A stretch of 64,000 bases of DNA, the filler included, from an uncultured bacterium (lineage in GTDB: Bacteria; Auribacterota; CAZIXI01), in the NCBI GenBank assembly GCA_964543115.1. It is 6 parts of 6 records of this genome, joined end to end, with 100 filler letters (N's around TTAATTAATTAA, not from the genome) between each part and the next. Parts side by side here need not be neighbours in the genome. Positions count along the whole stretch, not along the records: positions 34,608 to 46,011 come from CAZIXI010000103.1; positions 46,112 to 57,494 come from CAZIXI010000104.1; 4 more parts are not named here. One strand, given 5' to 3'. Made by a program: the position numbers and the translations under genes. The first letter of the stretch is position 1; each line of letters starts with the position of its first letter. Shown here piece after piece: positions 37,601 through 50,244 of the stretch. The notes under the pieces were generated by a model. That model saw nothing but the letters and a program-made list of their open reading frames with translations, did not search any database and was not told the DNA's origin.

Positions 37601-40600
37601 GCCGGTACGGGCATTAAAGGTGGTAATCTTATGCCAGTCGCAAATATGGGTTTCGGCATTGCGGGCAATACCGACAATACCGATCAGGCTCCAATCATAA
37701 TGATACCGGGTACGTTTCCGGTAGATAAAATCTCCCGGATCATAGGTGCGGTTGTTTAAGGTATACGGAACAGAACCTGTATGAATATCACCGTCATATT
37801 CCTCTACCAATCTCCCCTTATTATCAATCACGTTGCGTTTAACAATCCTGGTAATCAGATTGTGTTCTTCAGTAGAAATATATCCCTGCGCGCTGGTAAA
37901 CGCGCCATTTACAAGGAGCAGCTTTGTCCGGGAAATGTGAATCATATCGCTAACGGATTTATTTTTATCATAAAGATAACTATTAGCTTCCTTAGCAATA
38001 CTTAAGAATCCAGCAACTCCCCGCAGGGTATTAACAGTTAAGATCCAGGGATCAAATTTACCCTGGGCATCCAGTTCACCATCATAAATACTGGTTAATC
38101 TTCCCCAGCGGTCACGTACTTCCTGTTTGGTCAGCTTGGTTATTAAATTCGTCGTTTGAATAATTGTTTCCTTAGCCACCTGGCAGCGGCCGGCCGGCGC
38201 CTTAAGTACATTGAATATACTTATTTTAGTGCCTTTATTACCCGGTTTACTGGGATCGTACATATAGGTAGCCCCTTCTGAAGGAATACCCAGGGCGGCA
38301 AAACGCCTGTTCCGGTACAAATTCTCCGTAATCGTATCTATTTTAAAGCTGCTGCCCACCACATGGCCATCATAACGGGTAAGCACCTCTTCATCCATAT
38401 TACGCAGTTCCTGCCAGACCAGATGAGTTTTTAAATTAACCCACTGGACCATTTTCTCGCCCTTGGCGTTAACATATTTACCGCTGGGCCACTGCAGCAG
38501 GGTCATTTCATATACGGGCACACCATTAATCTCTGTAGTCACTTTGGTAGCCAGCGGACTTAATTTAGAAAGATACCCGGAAAATTTGTTTACTATGGTG
38601 AAGGTTTCACCGTTGGTTTCTACTATTTCAACTTTTTCCCGTAACTGCCCGTTCATGTTGTACCATTCGGTATACTGCCGGCAATAGATATGATCATACA
38701 TCCGCACACCCACAACCATCTCTTTCTTACCACCAGCTACCACTATCTCTTTGGTAACAAATCCGCCGTTACGTTTGCGCAATATCGTCCGGCTCTCATG
38801 TAATACCCCACCTTTCATCACCCGGCCCTTGATGATGACCTTGTTTGTACCTAACTGATAGGTATCACAATAACCAACCTTACGACCTAACCTGTTGCCA
38901 AACAGCTTCCTCCTGGTAACTAATTGTCCATCAAAATTATATATTTCCTGATACCGGTCCCCAGCCTTCGTATCTTCCGCCTCCAACACCACCCGGCCAT
39001 CCGGCAGGCGGCCTTTTCTGGTGCGCCAGATAACCTCTCCGGTATCTTTATCCCGCACAATACTGGCCTTGGGCGCGTCAGTAACATCAATATAACCAGC
39101 CACCTGATTATCGGCATTCATTACATAGGTCTGCAGACCATTAGGATCAGGATCACCGTTATCGAGCAACTGATCATTTTCTATCGGCTCACCGCCATCC
39201 AAACGGTAATAAACATAATAGCGGCGCTTAAACGGCTGGTTACGATCAATCACTTCTGTGCGTATTGCCTTAACTGTTTTTGTCGTCCCATCTGGATTAG
39301 TCTGGTATCTGCCATTAGCGCCAAGCACCGGCACCCGGTAAACATGCGGCATACCAGAAGCATTATCCCAACTGGTGCGGCTTTCTTTGGTCACATAGGG
39401 CCGGCCCCGGTTAGGAACGGCTTTTACAACTGACCGCCTGGCGTAACCCGTCCCGCGGGCAATACCAATATTAACCGTAACCTGTTTACCAGCCGGGGAA
39501 TCTGTCGGGACAGCTCCTTTAGGTTTATGCCTCACCCGGGCCACTTCATCACCCCAGACATTAAGATAAATATCATAGGTTACTTTAACCTTTCTCCTTC
39601 CGCGCAGATGATCCAGCCAGAGGTCTTCAGTCACCGTACGTTTCATGGTAGGATCCTGAATACTGCTCACCGGTTCACGCACTATTTCCGCTAATTTATC
39701 AGGCGCATACCATTTCACCATCCGGCCGGAACTACCTAACATCAAACCGCGGAATAATCCACTATAATAACGGAACGAACGCTTCAGGGCCTTCAACGTC
39801 ACAAGTTCCTTTACGATTTGCCGTTGTAGAGCGGCGGGCGTTCGCTGCCCCGGGTGGGTAGCCAACTCCGCTACCGTCCTGTTCACTTCCGCCTCTTCCT
39901 GTTTTAACCTGGCAATCCATTCGGTCAAAACATCCACCATTCCCGTTCCTGTTCGCGCTTCCTGCGGCCGAAAAGCCTTAATCAAATGATTATAAACTTT
40001 CACCCATACCGCCAGGCGCTTATTAGCCTGTTTCAGTTTCCACTCCAACACCTGGTAACTGCCCGGATACTCGGCCATCTTGCTTCTTATCCGCGCCCGC
40101 TCCTGGGCAGCGGCAATTAGTTCCCGGCGCACCCGCTCTAACCACGTATAAACCATTCGCTTAGTCTTCCTCATTCTCTTAACCGCACGGCCGGCCTCTC
40201 GATTATAATCACCGTTTACCATATTGGTCAGCTTACCGATCCTGACACGCAGTGCTTCCATTTCCCGCGAAAGAAAAGATAATTTATCATTTAAATCATC
40301 AACATCGATCTCAGTGAAAACCTCTCCATCAACCCGCGTAGGCATTACCCCACCCATCTCTGTTTGTTTTAATCTCACTCGTTGAGCGTCAGGCTTAAGA
40401 TAAATATAACCGCGGCCCATACCCTGCAAGCCGCTGATCTGCTGGCTTCTGGCGGTAACAATCGCGTTAAGATACTGCCACTTTGCCCGTAATTGCAGAA
40501 AATACCGTGACTGTGGTATTCCTTGTGAATCCGCCAGTCTTTTCAGATAAACATTTAATTTCCGCAGTTCTCTTTGTTCAGCAACCAGCAGCGCGCGTAA

Positions 40601-43600
40601 TTGCGCCAGGCCCTTATCCATACCGCTGTCCAATCCCGGGAAAACAACGATTAATTTATCGCGCATGTTTTTGTAGGACCAGGCCAGTCCCTGCAGTTTG
40701 ATCCGAATGGCATTGCGTTCGGCATTCAAGGATTCCGCTTCACTGCCTGTGGCCTTCGGCAATTGCGCCAGAATATCTGCCTGCCGGGCCAAGAGCAGCT
40801 GCCGTTCTTTTACACTCAGCCTCACCCATTCCAGGGCAAACCCCAGCGCTTCCTCAATACTCTGGCTGGTCTTGAGAATTGAATCATAGGACATCTGATC
40901 ACCCAGCGAACTAAGATCTCTATCAATGGCCTGCAGCTTTGCTCTAAGATAAGTAGCCTCATCACTAACAACTAACGCCCGCTGCGCGCCAATATTCCGA
41001 TATTCTTCCGTTGTTTCCGCCAGGGTAGAATTATAAACATGCGCGGTATTCACCGCCACTACCTTGCCGCTCTCAAAAACCACCGTCTGCCCCTTACTGC
41101 TCATATACTGTTCCACCGGCTTGGCCTGCGGTTTCAGCTTGTCAATAAAACTTATCCGGTACAGACTACGCTCTTTTCCGTGATTATCAACAAACACATA
41201 GGGCCGGGCCAGACCGCTAAGCGCGTATCTTTCCACAGTGCTTTCCTTAACAATATAGCCCTGACTGTTGATCAATACACCTTTAGTGGCCATATTCGTT
41301 CCCGCAATATGCGCCCAGCTTTCTTCCTTACGGCCGTCAGCATAACTGCGAGTGATCCGGTCACCGGTCCGGATATCAATCCGGTCGGTATAGGTAGTAT
41401 TGTAAACAAAATCTCTGGTCACTACTTCTGTTACCACCACTCCCTTACGATCCCATCTGGTTTCGTGAAACACTTGCGTAAACGGAAGTCCCTGTTCTAC
41501 TAATCTTAATTTACTGATCTTCACTATCCGGGAAGGATCACCTAGTTCCAAACTGATAGGAGTAATTTTAAGGTCCTCACTATCCACTACCATTGTCTTT
41601 TCCGCCACATTGGAACCATAAATCATTCCCATGCGTAGAGCTGTTTCCTTCCCCTCGATCCTGATCACCCATTTACCCAGGATATTGATATACTCCACAA
41701 AAGATTCACCCGTCTGGTTATCTGTTTTCACTATCTTGCGTAATTGCTGAGTAACAGTCTTACCCTGGTCATTCTGATAGCTGAATGGTTGGTAAAGCGG
41801 CTGGCCATTCTGATCCAGTTCTTCCTCCGGAATAACCACAGTCTGCACCACATACCAATTTCCATCTTTACCCCGGCTATACTTAACTGACTTACGGGCA
41901 ATATTTGTTCCTTTAACAAAATCAGAATTAACAACCTTTACCCTGCCCTGCTGATGCCGTTCCTCTATTGGCTGCCCCTGGGCATTACGATATATCATAT
42001 AGACAGCACCAGTTAAAAGATCGGTTACCTGATAGGTACGCTGCCCATTTTCGCCAATCCCAATAAAGTTATGCTCTTCACTATCATACTCCTTTCCATC
42101 CTCAGTAATCACCCGAATCCGGCTATAGGCAGCAATCGGCAAGGTACTGTCTTCCTTGAACCGGCCTTCCGTATCGGTAATAATTCTGGCTTCCCGCGGA
42201 CCAACCAGCACAGTCTTCATATCCCGGCCGAGGAAATCCCGGTACTTGATCCATTTTTGGCCGGCGGCATCAACATAGTCATAAACCAATACCTGAACCG
42301 GCTGGCCATTCTGGCCAGCAAGGATTTGTAATTGCGGTTCCTTAGTCTTACTGACCGTGCGCAATTTACCGGTGCCCGCCAAAATCGGCTGGCCGTCTTT
42401 GCCCGGCACATAATCTTCATACACTAGCGGCACATCCAAAGTACCAGGTACTAGTTGCTTGTAAATGCTGGTAATATCACCAACATGTCTTTGCAGAACG
42501 CGTTTGGTTTTTAGGTCACGCATCACTACTTCCGTAACTACACTGCGCTGACCATCCGCGCCAAACACATAGTGTTTAGTCACCTCCAAAGAAACCCGGC
42601 CGAGTTTAGCAATATATCCCCGGGCCGCCTGCACATAATCATCATATTCTCCCTGACTGACCAGCTGTTTTAATTCGTTTCCATAATCATTATATTTTTC
42701 AGTCAGGCGCTTCAAATCACCCCGGCCAATAATCATTACCGCGGTTTCCGCCCGCGGCGCGCCCGTACCCTGAAACATGGTCTTACTGGTACTACCATCA
42801 TTACCTTCTCCATCTTCAATATTTATTTCCCACTTGCCCGCTCTTTTCCAGGTAGTTTCGCCTAAACCATTGACCAGGATCTCTTCCGTGCGGTAAACCG
42901 TGCCGGTAACATCCAGGAACAGCGGTGAGGCATAGGCATCCTTGAGGAATTTACCTTTACGCATAAGCGGTGCACCGGCTTCTTTGCCAAGACCGTTATT
43001 TCTCCGGTATACCGCCCGGCCATTGAAGAAATATCTAATCTTGGTGGTGCCCGCCCGGGTTTCCGCCCAACTGGATACAATATCTGTTCCCGGCACAATC
43101 TTAATTACATCGGTGGGCTGAAAATGCATGCCGCCGGTAGCCGGATCAATCGAATATTCGGAACCGTCATAAGCCTTCAGGGTGATCATTCCATCATCCG
43201 GATCGGTCAGTGCTTCACCATCATGCCGCGCCTCTCTAATAGAATCGGCATTCTGGAACACCAACTGCAGGGCGCCGGAGAGAACACGCATATGAAAAGC
43301 ATCATTTACTTCCAGTGCTTCCATCGGCGGAGCGATCTGGTGCAGATTCTGCAGCTGCTGCTCAGTTACCGACATTAACTCTTTATCCGCTCTCCATTTA
43401 CCATAGCTCTTATGCACATAACGCATAACCTCTTTTTTGATGTGGTTGGCAATCTTACAGGTGCGGCGCAGGTCACGGCTGTCTTCCCAGAGTTTTCCGT
43501 CCGGCAGACCGGATGACTTTTTCATTTTATCAACAAAGAAGAAGATCACCTGCAGCAGCTGGGCCCGGGTCTGGAAGTTCTGGCGCACCAGCATACTGCG

Positions 43601-46009
43601 TTTCACCTTGCGGCCGCCGGCATCTTCGGTCTTGTAGTATTTAAACGCGCCTAAAGAAGTATCCCCGGTAAAATCACCCATGATCCATTGTGACCGCTCA
43701 CTGTAACCGTCAAACCAGTCTTCTTGATCTTCCACCACACCCTTAATTAATTTACTGAATTCCCCGTCCATTAACAACAATCCCGCCGGCCGAATAGTAT
43801 CACGCAGATAATTATCCACCGCCATCTCCAATTGATGTTCAATACTCACATAAGAGGTGCCTTTCTTATCCATCAGCGTATCCTTGATCCAGGATACATT
43901 GGTCAATACTTCACTGACGATCCGTTCGTAATATTTCTGCTGTTCCGTGCGCGCGCCCCGGTGCCAGCTCTGGGCATTACGGTAATCCAGCAGGCGGCGG
44001 AACCGGTCCTCACTGGCGCTGCCGTTAAACACGATGCGGTAATACATATTACTGATCAATTTATTGGCGATCCTGATGGCCACCAGGTATTCTTCAACCG
44101 AACCGAATCCCAGGCCTTTAAGTTTAGAGCTGTTTTCCCGGCTGTTACCGATCCATTTATCCGCCACGCCAAAAACAAAGGGTAAGACATCGGCACGCAA
44201 AGGATCGTTCATATACTTATCCAACACATTTTTCGGAATATTAAAGAACTCCAGAAAATCCTTACTTTTCAATAATTTCACCGCTTCACCGATATTCTCA
44301 AAATAATGATCGATAAACGTATCCAGCTTGGTGCTGTCCGGCGTTTCCAGACTAAAGGTGCGGCTAATAATGGTACCGATGGGCATGGGCGCGTATTCTT
44401 TATCATAATCAGCTATCTTATCGTAATACATCTTAATCAACTCAAAAGCGGTGGAACCAACAACCACCCCTACCTCTTCCGCTGTTTCCGCGCGGCCGAG
44501 ATCATCATGCAGACTAAGATTTCCCGCTGTCAAACCGCTTTTGTGACTGGTTTGTAATTCTTTATAAAAATCGATCAGATCATCGGCACTTTTACCCCGC
44601 GCTTTCAGATAGCGCAGAACACTAACCATCACGGGAATCATCTTAGAGAACTGAAAATCCACTATCTGGTCCAGGGTAGGATTCATAATGACATTTCCAC
44701 TGTCATCAATTATCTGCGCACCCGGCGCCAGCAACCGCCAGGCAATACTGCCGATCACTTCACCCGGCCAACGGTAGGCATCATCAGTAAGCGCTAACTC
44801 CCCTTTTGTTAACCGGCTCTCATCACTGCTTTTTATCTCTTCGTAGAGTTGTACTAATTTTTTAGCGTCATTGGGTTTGTTATTCAGGTGCACCAGGATC
44901 CTCCTGATCATGGGCAGCATTTTATAGGCATAAAACTGAAACTTTGCCTGCGGACTGGTAAGCGATTTACTGGTTGCTGAAATGCGGTAGCTTCTGTCTT
45001 TAGTGGGATCTCCCGGTTCGGAAACAGTTTTCAAGGCCTCCCAGGCCACCGCGCCCATTGCCTCACCATATTCAGCCGGTGCCGTTCCCTCTTCAGCCGT
45101 TAATTCAATCTTGCCCCAGGGACTGGCAGCGCTAAATTCCTGATAAACCAGTTTCAGATTCTTCTGGAACTGCGCGTCAGTCTGCGCCTTCCCCACCACC
45201 AGCGCCAGCATGGGCAGCATTTGTTTGCGGAAGAAATTAAATTTATCCTGCGCGTCATTGGCCCCGCCTTCATAAACTATTATTTTCGGCCTTTTATTTT
45301 CTACCTTCAAACCCTTCTGTTTACGGATATTCCAGGCCAGGGCGCCAATGGCCTTGCCGTATTTAGCCGCGGTAGTACCATCTTCCGCGGTCAGGGCAAT
45401 TTTCCCGAACTGGGAACCGGTTAATTCTTTGTATACCTCTCCCAACTGTTTACCAAAGGCGTTACCCGTCTTGGCATTTTGCACAATCAACTTGAGCATC
45501 GGCAGGGTATGATCGCGGAATTCTTTAAACTTATCCTGCGGGCTAATGGCGTATTTCGTGTGATCCTTAGTTTTGTATTTCTTTGTTTTTGTATCATATC
45601 CCAGGATCTTTTGTTTGCGAATCTCCCAGGCCAGAGAACCGATCAGCAAACCGTAGGTCTCTTCCTTGGTTCCTTGTTCCGCCGTTAGACTGATCAGATT
45701 ACCCAATAAAGAATTCACCTTTGCTAGTTCCTGATAAACAGCCTTTATCCCTTTAGCGAAATCACCGGTTTTATTGGCCTTTAATTCTGTAATTACCATT
45801 TCTAACATGGGCAGTGTTTCTTTACTGAACTCGTCAAACTTGGCCTGCGGAGTACTCAGGTTGGTGGCCTTACCCTTGGCATAATCCAATCCTTTAGTTT
45901 TCCGGATCTCCCAGGCCAGCCCACCCATCGCTTTACCGTAAGATTCTTCCAGTGATCCCGGCAAGGCGGACAATTTGATCAAGTCATATTTGGTTACGTT
46001 CTTTAATTC
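34608..46009 (-). CDS. Giant RHS/YD-like repeat protein (>3,790 aa, partial at both ends): ~95-100-aa helical repeats, long beta-hairpin repeat array with a coiled-coil insert, C-proximal transmembrane helix
   Basis: One open frame spans the whole contig. Repeats such as EVRDRWGRLTSIYDG, VIDNKGRLVEEYDG, EVMDVRGRLAQKYD; TM segment GPLLLVVFIGILLITILLPLLLLW (~35090-35000). Confidence 0.88.
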
Positions 46010-46011
46010 AT

Positions 46012-46111
46012 NNNNNNNNNNNNNNNNNNNNNNNNNNNNNNNNNNNNNNNNNNNNTTAATTAATTAANNNNNNNNNNNNNNNNNNNNNNNNNNNNNNNNN
46101 NNNNNNNNNNN
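46012..46111. other. Artificial contig linker
   Basis: 100-nt N/TTAATTAATTAA linker. Confidence 0.99.
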
Positions 46112-46141
46112 AGAAAGGTCTATTTTACTATGGGGTCAAGT

Positions 46142-46169
46142 TTTACAATTTGGGGCCTCATGATATGTT
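46142..46169 (+). promoter_or_regulatory. Probable sigma70 promoter of the histidine kinase gene
   Basis: TTTACA, 16-nt spacer, TGa-TATGTT. Confidence 0.45.
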
Positions 46170-46301
46170 GTTGATAGAGCGGCTTATCGGTACTGAGGTA
46201 AATACCGTACCTGTATACAGGATGTGAGAGAACAGTTTTTTTAAGTTGATTGGGTTTTTTTGCTGAGGTATTAGCGCGAGAAAGGTTGCCTGCCAGAGGT
46301 A

Positions 46302-47915
46302 ATGAACGAATTGATAAAACAGGATATTATTAACCAATTAGTCCAGCATAAGGAAGTTCCCCAGGATATTTCCAAGGTGCTTACAGCCGGTTATAATGTT
46401 AACAGGCTGCTTGATATTTTCCTCAATACGATGCAGGAGATCCTGAAGGTTGCTCGTATTGCGATTGTCTTAAAAAAGGAAGATAATTTCCGCATAAGTA
46501 CCGCTCAGGGAATTTCTCCCGATGTCATTTCTTCAATTTCCCTATCTGATGCCGAAGGTCTAATGGGGTATCTCCAACGAGAAGGAACAGCGCTACGTCT
46601 GGGTTTTGACAGTGCCCTTGACGGAAGTGTAGTGGCGCAGATGCGCCAGTTGGGGGTGACCACTGCCGTGCCGCTTTGGGAGCATGGGCGTTTGCAGGGA
46701 ACGATTGTTTTCAGTAATAAAATTACCGGTTCTCCGGTCAGTGACGCGGAGCTTGAACTTGTATTTACTTTAGGCAGTCAGTTATCTATTGCTATTGAAA
46801 ATGCCCGGTTGGTAGAGGTTATTTCTCAGCAGAGGAACCATCTGGAAGGTATCTTGGAGCATGTGAGTTCCGGAGTTATTACTGTTGACGCCCAGGGTGT
46901 TGTCGCTACTTATAATCCCAAGGCGGAAGAAATATTGGGAATAGCTAAGAAGGAAGTTATCGGCAAGGGATTTTCTAAACTGCCGCAAGAGGTTGCGGAG
47001 TTGTTTGCTGAAAGTATGGAATCCGAGGTGTCCTGTTCCCGCAGGGAACTGAAAGTGGCTCCGCTCAATCGGCTTATCGGTGTGAGTATTACTCCAATCA
47101 GAGATGCAGACGCCGAGGTTCGGGGAGCGGTAATGATCTTTACTGATCTGGAACCGATAAAGGTTTTGCAGCAAGAGGCCAGAAGAGCGGATCAGCTGTC
47201 TTTTGTGAATACGGTAGCCATGCGCAGTTCTCATGAACTTAAGAATTGTCTGGTTTCTATTAAGACATTTGCCCAGCTGCTGCCGGAGCGTTATATGGAC
47301 AAGCAGTTCCGTGAGGATTTCTATTTAGTTGTTAATAAAGAAGTTGACCGGCTGAATCAGTTAGTGGAGAATTTGCTGTTTTTCGCGCAGCCTTTGCGGC
47401 TCAGTTGTTCTTCCTGCGATATTGAAGAGCTGCTGCAGGAGATCATTGACCGCCTGGAAACTAAAGACGCCTTGTTGGGGATAACCATTCAGAAGGAATT
47501 TGCGCATCGTTCCGGCTATATTGATGTTGATCGGGATGCCATGCTGCGGGCGTTAAAGAGCATTATATATAATAGTGTACAAGCCATGCCTAAAGGGGGC
47601 AAAATAAGAATTTTGTCCGTTGATGTTTCCAGCGAAAAACAGGATTATCTGGAATTAAAAATTGTTGATGAAGGCGTAGGTGTTGCCCAGGAATCAATAA
47701 ATAAGATTTGGGATCCTTTTTTTACGACTAAGGCCCGGGGGATTGGGTTGGGTTTGACGATTGTCCGTAAGATTGTTGAGGCTCATGGCGGACAAGTGAC
47801 TATTTCCAGCGAGGCCCAGAAGGGTACGGAAGTTGCGATGCTTTTACCCAGGCTTTTTCAGCAGTATGAGGCGCAGAAGATGTTTTTTCCCTCAGGCCGG
47901 GAAGTGGTCGTTTAA
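46302..47915 (+). CDS. Cytoplasmic GAF-PAS sensor histidine kinase (NtrB-like HisKA/HATPase)
   Basis: GAF end QLSIAIENARL; PAS SSGVITVD...YNPKAEEILG; H-box SHELKN; IVDEGVG, DPFFTTK, GIGLGL; no TM segment. Confidence 0.92.
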   Translation: MNELIKQDIINQLVQHKEVPQDISKVLTAGYNVNRLLDIFLNTMQEILKVARIAIVLKKEDNFRISTAQGISPDVISSISLSDAEGLMGYLQREGTALRLGFDSALDGSVVAQMRQLGVTTAVPLWEHGRLQGTIVFSNKITGSPVSDAELELVFTLGSQLSIAIENARLVEVISQQRNHLEGILEHVSSGVITVDAQGVVATYNPKAEEILGIAKKEVIGKGFSKLPQEVAELFAESMESEVSCSRRELKVAPLNRLIGVSITPIRDADAEVRGAVMIFTDLEPIKVLQQEARRADQLSFVNTVAMRSSHELKNCLVSIKTFAQLLPERYMDKQFREDFYLVVNKEVDRLNQLVENLLFFAQPLRLSCSSCDIEELLQEIIDRLETKDALLGITIQKEFAHRSGYIDVDRDAMLRALKSIIYNSVQAMPKGGKIRILSVDVSSEKQDYLELKIVDEGVGVAQESINKIWDPFFTTKARGIGLGLTIVRKIVEAHGGQVTISSEAQKGTEVAMLLPRLFQQYEAQKMFFPSGREVVV

Positions 47916-47947
47916 TAAAGGGCGATAGTTACGATAGGCAGAGTAAG

Positions 47948-47986
47948 CCCTTAGTCCTTTTAGAGGTCTAGGGGATTGTTTTTTTC
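47948..47986 (+). terminator. Possible intrinsic terminator after the kinase gene
   Basis: Imperfect hairpin CCCTTAG...CTAGGGG followed by TTGTTTTTTT. Confidence 0.35.
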
Positions 47987-48013
47987 AGTTGTAAATGAAA
48001 CAAGCGAGGATAT

Positions 48014-49060
48014 ATGGATACACCTTTGGTTGGTAAGAAACCGGAAAATCTCAAAGATAATTATGAAAAACCGATGATCCTGGTTGTGGATGATGAAGGC
48101 AGTGTTCTTCGCGCCCTTACCGAAATGCTGAAGTTAGAATTTTCCGTTTTGACCGCGCATAATGCCCGTAAGGCTCTGGCCTTGCTGGAAGAGATAAAGA
48201 ATAATAATGGTCAGACCATTGATCTGGTACTCAGTGATATCTGGATGGAGCAAATGGACGGGATTCAGCTGTTAGCGAAGGTAAAGGAGCTTAATCCTTA
48301 TGTAGAGGTAATTATGATTACCGGACATCCAAACAGAGAAACTTCTTTATCCGCTTTGCGTCTGGGGGCCTCAGATTATATTGCCAAGCCCTTCAAAATA
48401 CCGGAGGTCTTGAGCTCTGTGCGCAAAGCGATTGGTAAGCGGAAGAAAAGCTTGATGGATGAAAAAATCGTCCAGGAACTGAAACAGTCAGTTCAGCACA
48501 ATTATGCGGCAACCACAGAAGCGCTTATTTTGGCTATTGATGCCAAGGATAATTATACTAAGGAACATTGTGCCCGGGTGGCCAGATTGATGATGCGGTT
48601 TGCGCTGGTGCTTGGTGTAGAACACGAAAATCACGAAATATTGAAAAAAATCGGCGGTTTGCATGACATTGGTAAAATAGGGGTTAAGGAGCAGGTGCTT
48701 AATAAACCTGAGCCGCTGACCGCGGAAGAATGGATACAGATGAAACAACATCCGTTGATCGGTTATCAGATCCTGCAGCCGGTAGATTTTTTAGCTGAAG
48801 TCAGGGAGACGCTGCTTTATCATCATGAGCGTTTTGATGGAAAAGGGTACCTCTCAGGGTTAAAAGGCACACAGATCCCTTTTACGGCCAGGATGTTAGC
48901 AATTGTTGATGTGTATGATGCCCTGGTGACTGACCGGCCGTACCGCAAGGCGCTTACGAAACAAGAGGCCCTGGCCGAATTAGAAAAAAATTCCGGAACA
49001 CAATTTGATGCCGATATGGTGAAAATATTTGTGGAGATGATTAGGGAGAGAGAAGGATAA
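48014..49060 (+). CDS. Response regulator with REC and HD-GYP (c-di-GMP phosphodiesterase-type) domains
   Basis: ILVVDDE, LVLSDIWM, MITG, YIAKPF; HCARVA, LHDIGKIG, HHERFDGKGYL, VDVYDAL. Confidence 0.92.
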   Translation: MDTPLVGKKPENLKDNYEKPMILVVDDEGSVLRALTEMLKLEFSVLTAHNARKALALLEEIKNNNGQTIDLVLSDIWMEQMDGIQLLAKVKELNPYVEVIMITGHPNRETSLSALRLGASDYIAKPFKIPEVLSSVRKAIGKRKKSLMDEKIVQELKQSVQHNYAATTEALILAIDAKDNYTKEHCARVARLMMRFALVLGVEHENHEILKKIGGLHDIGKIGVKEQVLNKPEPLTAEEWIQMKQHPLIGYQILQPVDFLAEVRETLLYHHERFDGKGYLSGLKGTQIPFTARMLAIVDVYDALVTDRPYRKALTKQEALAELEKNSGTQFDADMVKIFVEMIREREG

Positions 49061-49156
49061 ATTGGCAGGAATTAAATTGCTTGTCAAAAATATGGTAATG
49101 TTATATCATTATAGCCTAATGTTTTCCGTAAAAGAATCAGTTAAAAAGGAGTGTTT

Positions 49157-50143
49157 ATGGAATCTAAGGTAAAAATTAATGAGAATGAGATAGTAACTTT
49201 TGGTCAGGTAATCACGCGTAATGCCAGAATGATCGGTTGTATACATACAGCGGAATTAGCTGCCCGGGCCGCTGATGTTACGGTTTTGCTGCTTGGCGAG
49301 AACGGTACCGGTAAGGATCTAATGGCCGAGGCGATACATAAGTCCAGTCCCAGGCGGGGCGGGGCGTATATTGCCATAAACTGCAGCGCTCTTTCGGAGA
49401 CACTGCTGGAGAGTGAACTTTTTGGTCATGAGAAAGGCGCCTTTACCAGTGCGGACAGGAGACGTAAGGGTAAGTTTGAACAGGCCGATCAAGGAACGTT
49501 GTTTCTGGATGAAATCGGGGATATGAGCCTTTCCGCGCAGGCAAAAATTTTACGGGCCGTGGAACATCATGAATTTGAGCGAATTGGCGGGGAGGAGCGG
49601 GTGCATACCAATACGCGGATAATTGCCGCCAGTAACAAGAATCTCTCAGAGCTTGTGGCTAAGGGAAAGTTTCGGGAAGATCTATATTACCGCTTGAATG
49701 AAGTGTGTGTGGAACTGCCGCCCCTGCGGGAGAGAAAAAATGATATTCCGTTATATCTTAAGGTTTTTATCGATGAATTTAATGGCGAATTTGACAAGAA
49801 AGTTACAGGGGTTTCTGATGTTGTTTCGAAATATCTCATCCAGCATAAATGGCCCGGTAATGTCCGCGAATTAAAAAGTGTTATCAAGCGGGGCATGTTA
49901 GTGACCAACAGGGACCAGATGTGGCTCGAGGACCTTTCTTTCAAGGTAGAGCTGCCGATTGAGACTCTGGAGCATATGGGGCACCGTGATCTTTCCCTTT
50001 CGGCAATGGAGAAAGAGCATATTCAGAAAGTGTTGCAGCTTTGTAAGGGAATTAAGAAACAGGCCTGCAGCCTGCTTAAGATATCGCGTTCAACTCTGGA
50101 TAAAAAATTAACGAAGTACAAAATCATAGTGCCGAAAATATAG
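49157..50143 (+). CDS. Sigma54-dependent enhancer-binding protein (AAA+ and Fis-type HTH) lacking an N-terminal regulatory domain
   Basis: GENGTGKD, LESELFGHEKGAFTSA, TLFLDEIG, DLYYRLN, WPGNVREL, C-terminal HTH ISRSTLDKKL. Start at ATG 49157 after AAGGAG. Confidence 0.93.
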   Translation: MESKVKINENEIVTFGQVITRNARMIGCIHTAELAARAADVTVLLLGENGTGKDLMAEAIHKSSPRRGGAYIAINCSALSETLLESELFGHEKGAFTSADRRRKGKFEQADQGTLFLDEIGDMSLSAQAKILRAVEHHEFERIGGEERVHTNTRIIAASNKNLSELVAKGKFREDLYYRLNEVCVELPPLRERKNDIPLYLKVFIDEFNGEFDKKVTGVSDVVSKYLIQHKWPGNVRELKSVIKRGMLVTNRDQMWLEDLSFKVELPIETLEHMGHRDLSLSAMEKEHIQKVLQLCKGIKKQACSLLKISRSTLDKKLTKYKIIVPKI

Positions 50144-50244
50144 TGTTTTTACAGGTGTTTTTTTCTTGTTAATAAGATTGTTTTTTGATATATTTATGGA
50201 CCTGAATTGTGGAAAAAGTGTTTTACAAGGGAGGAGGTGTTTCC

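Noticed and set aside
34608..46009. Classical Rhs polymorphic toxin or Tc toxin call
   Set aside because: No RHS core DPxG junction, toxin tip or immunity gene was seen; the protein continues into a TM helix.
49063..49080. TGGCA...TTGC upstream of the sigma54 activator gene
   Set aside because: The GG-to-GC spacing is 13 nt, not the required 10.
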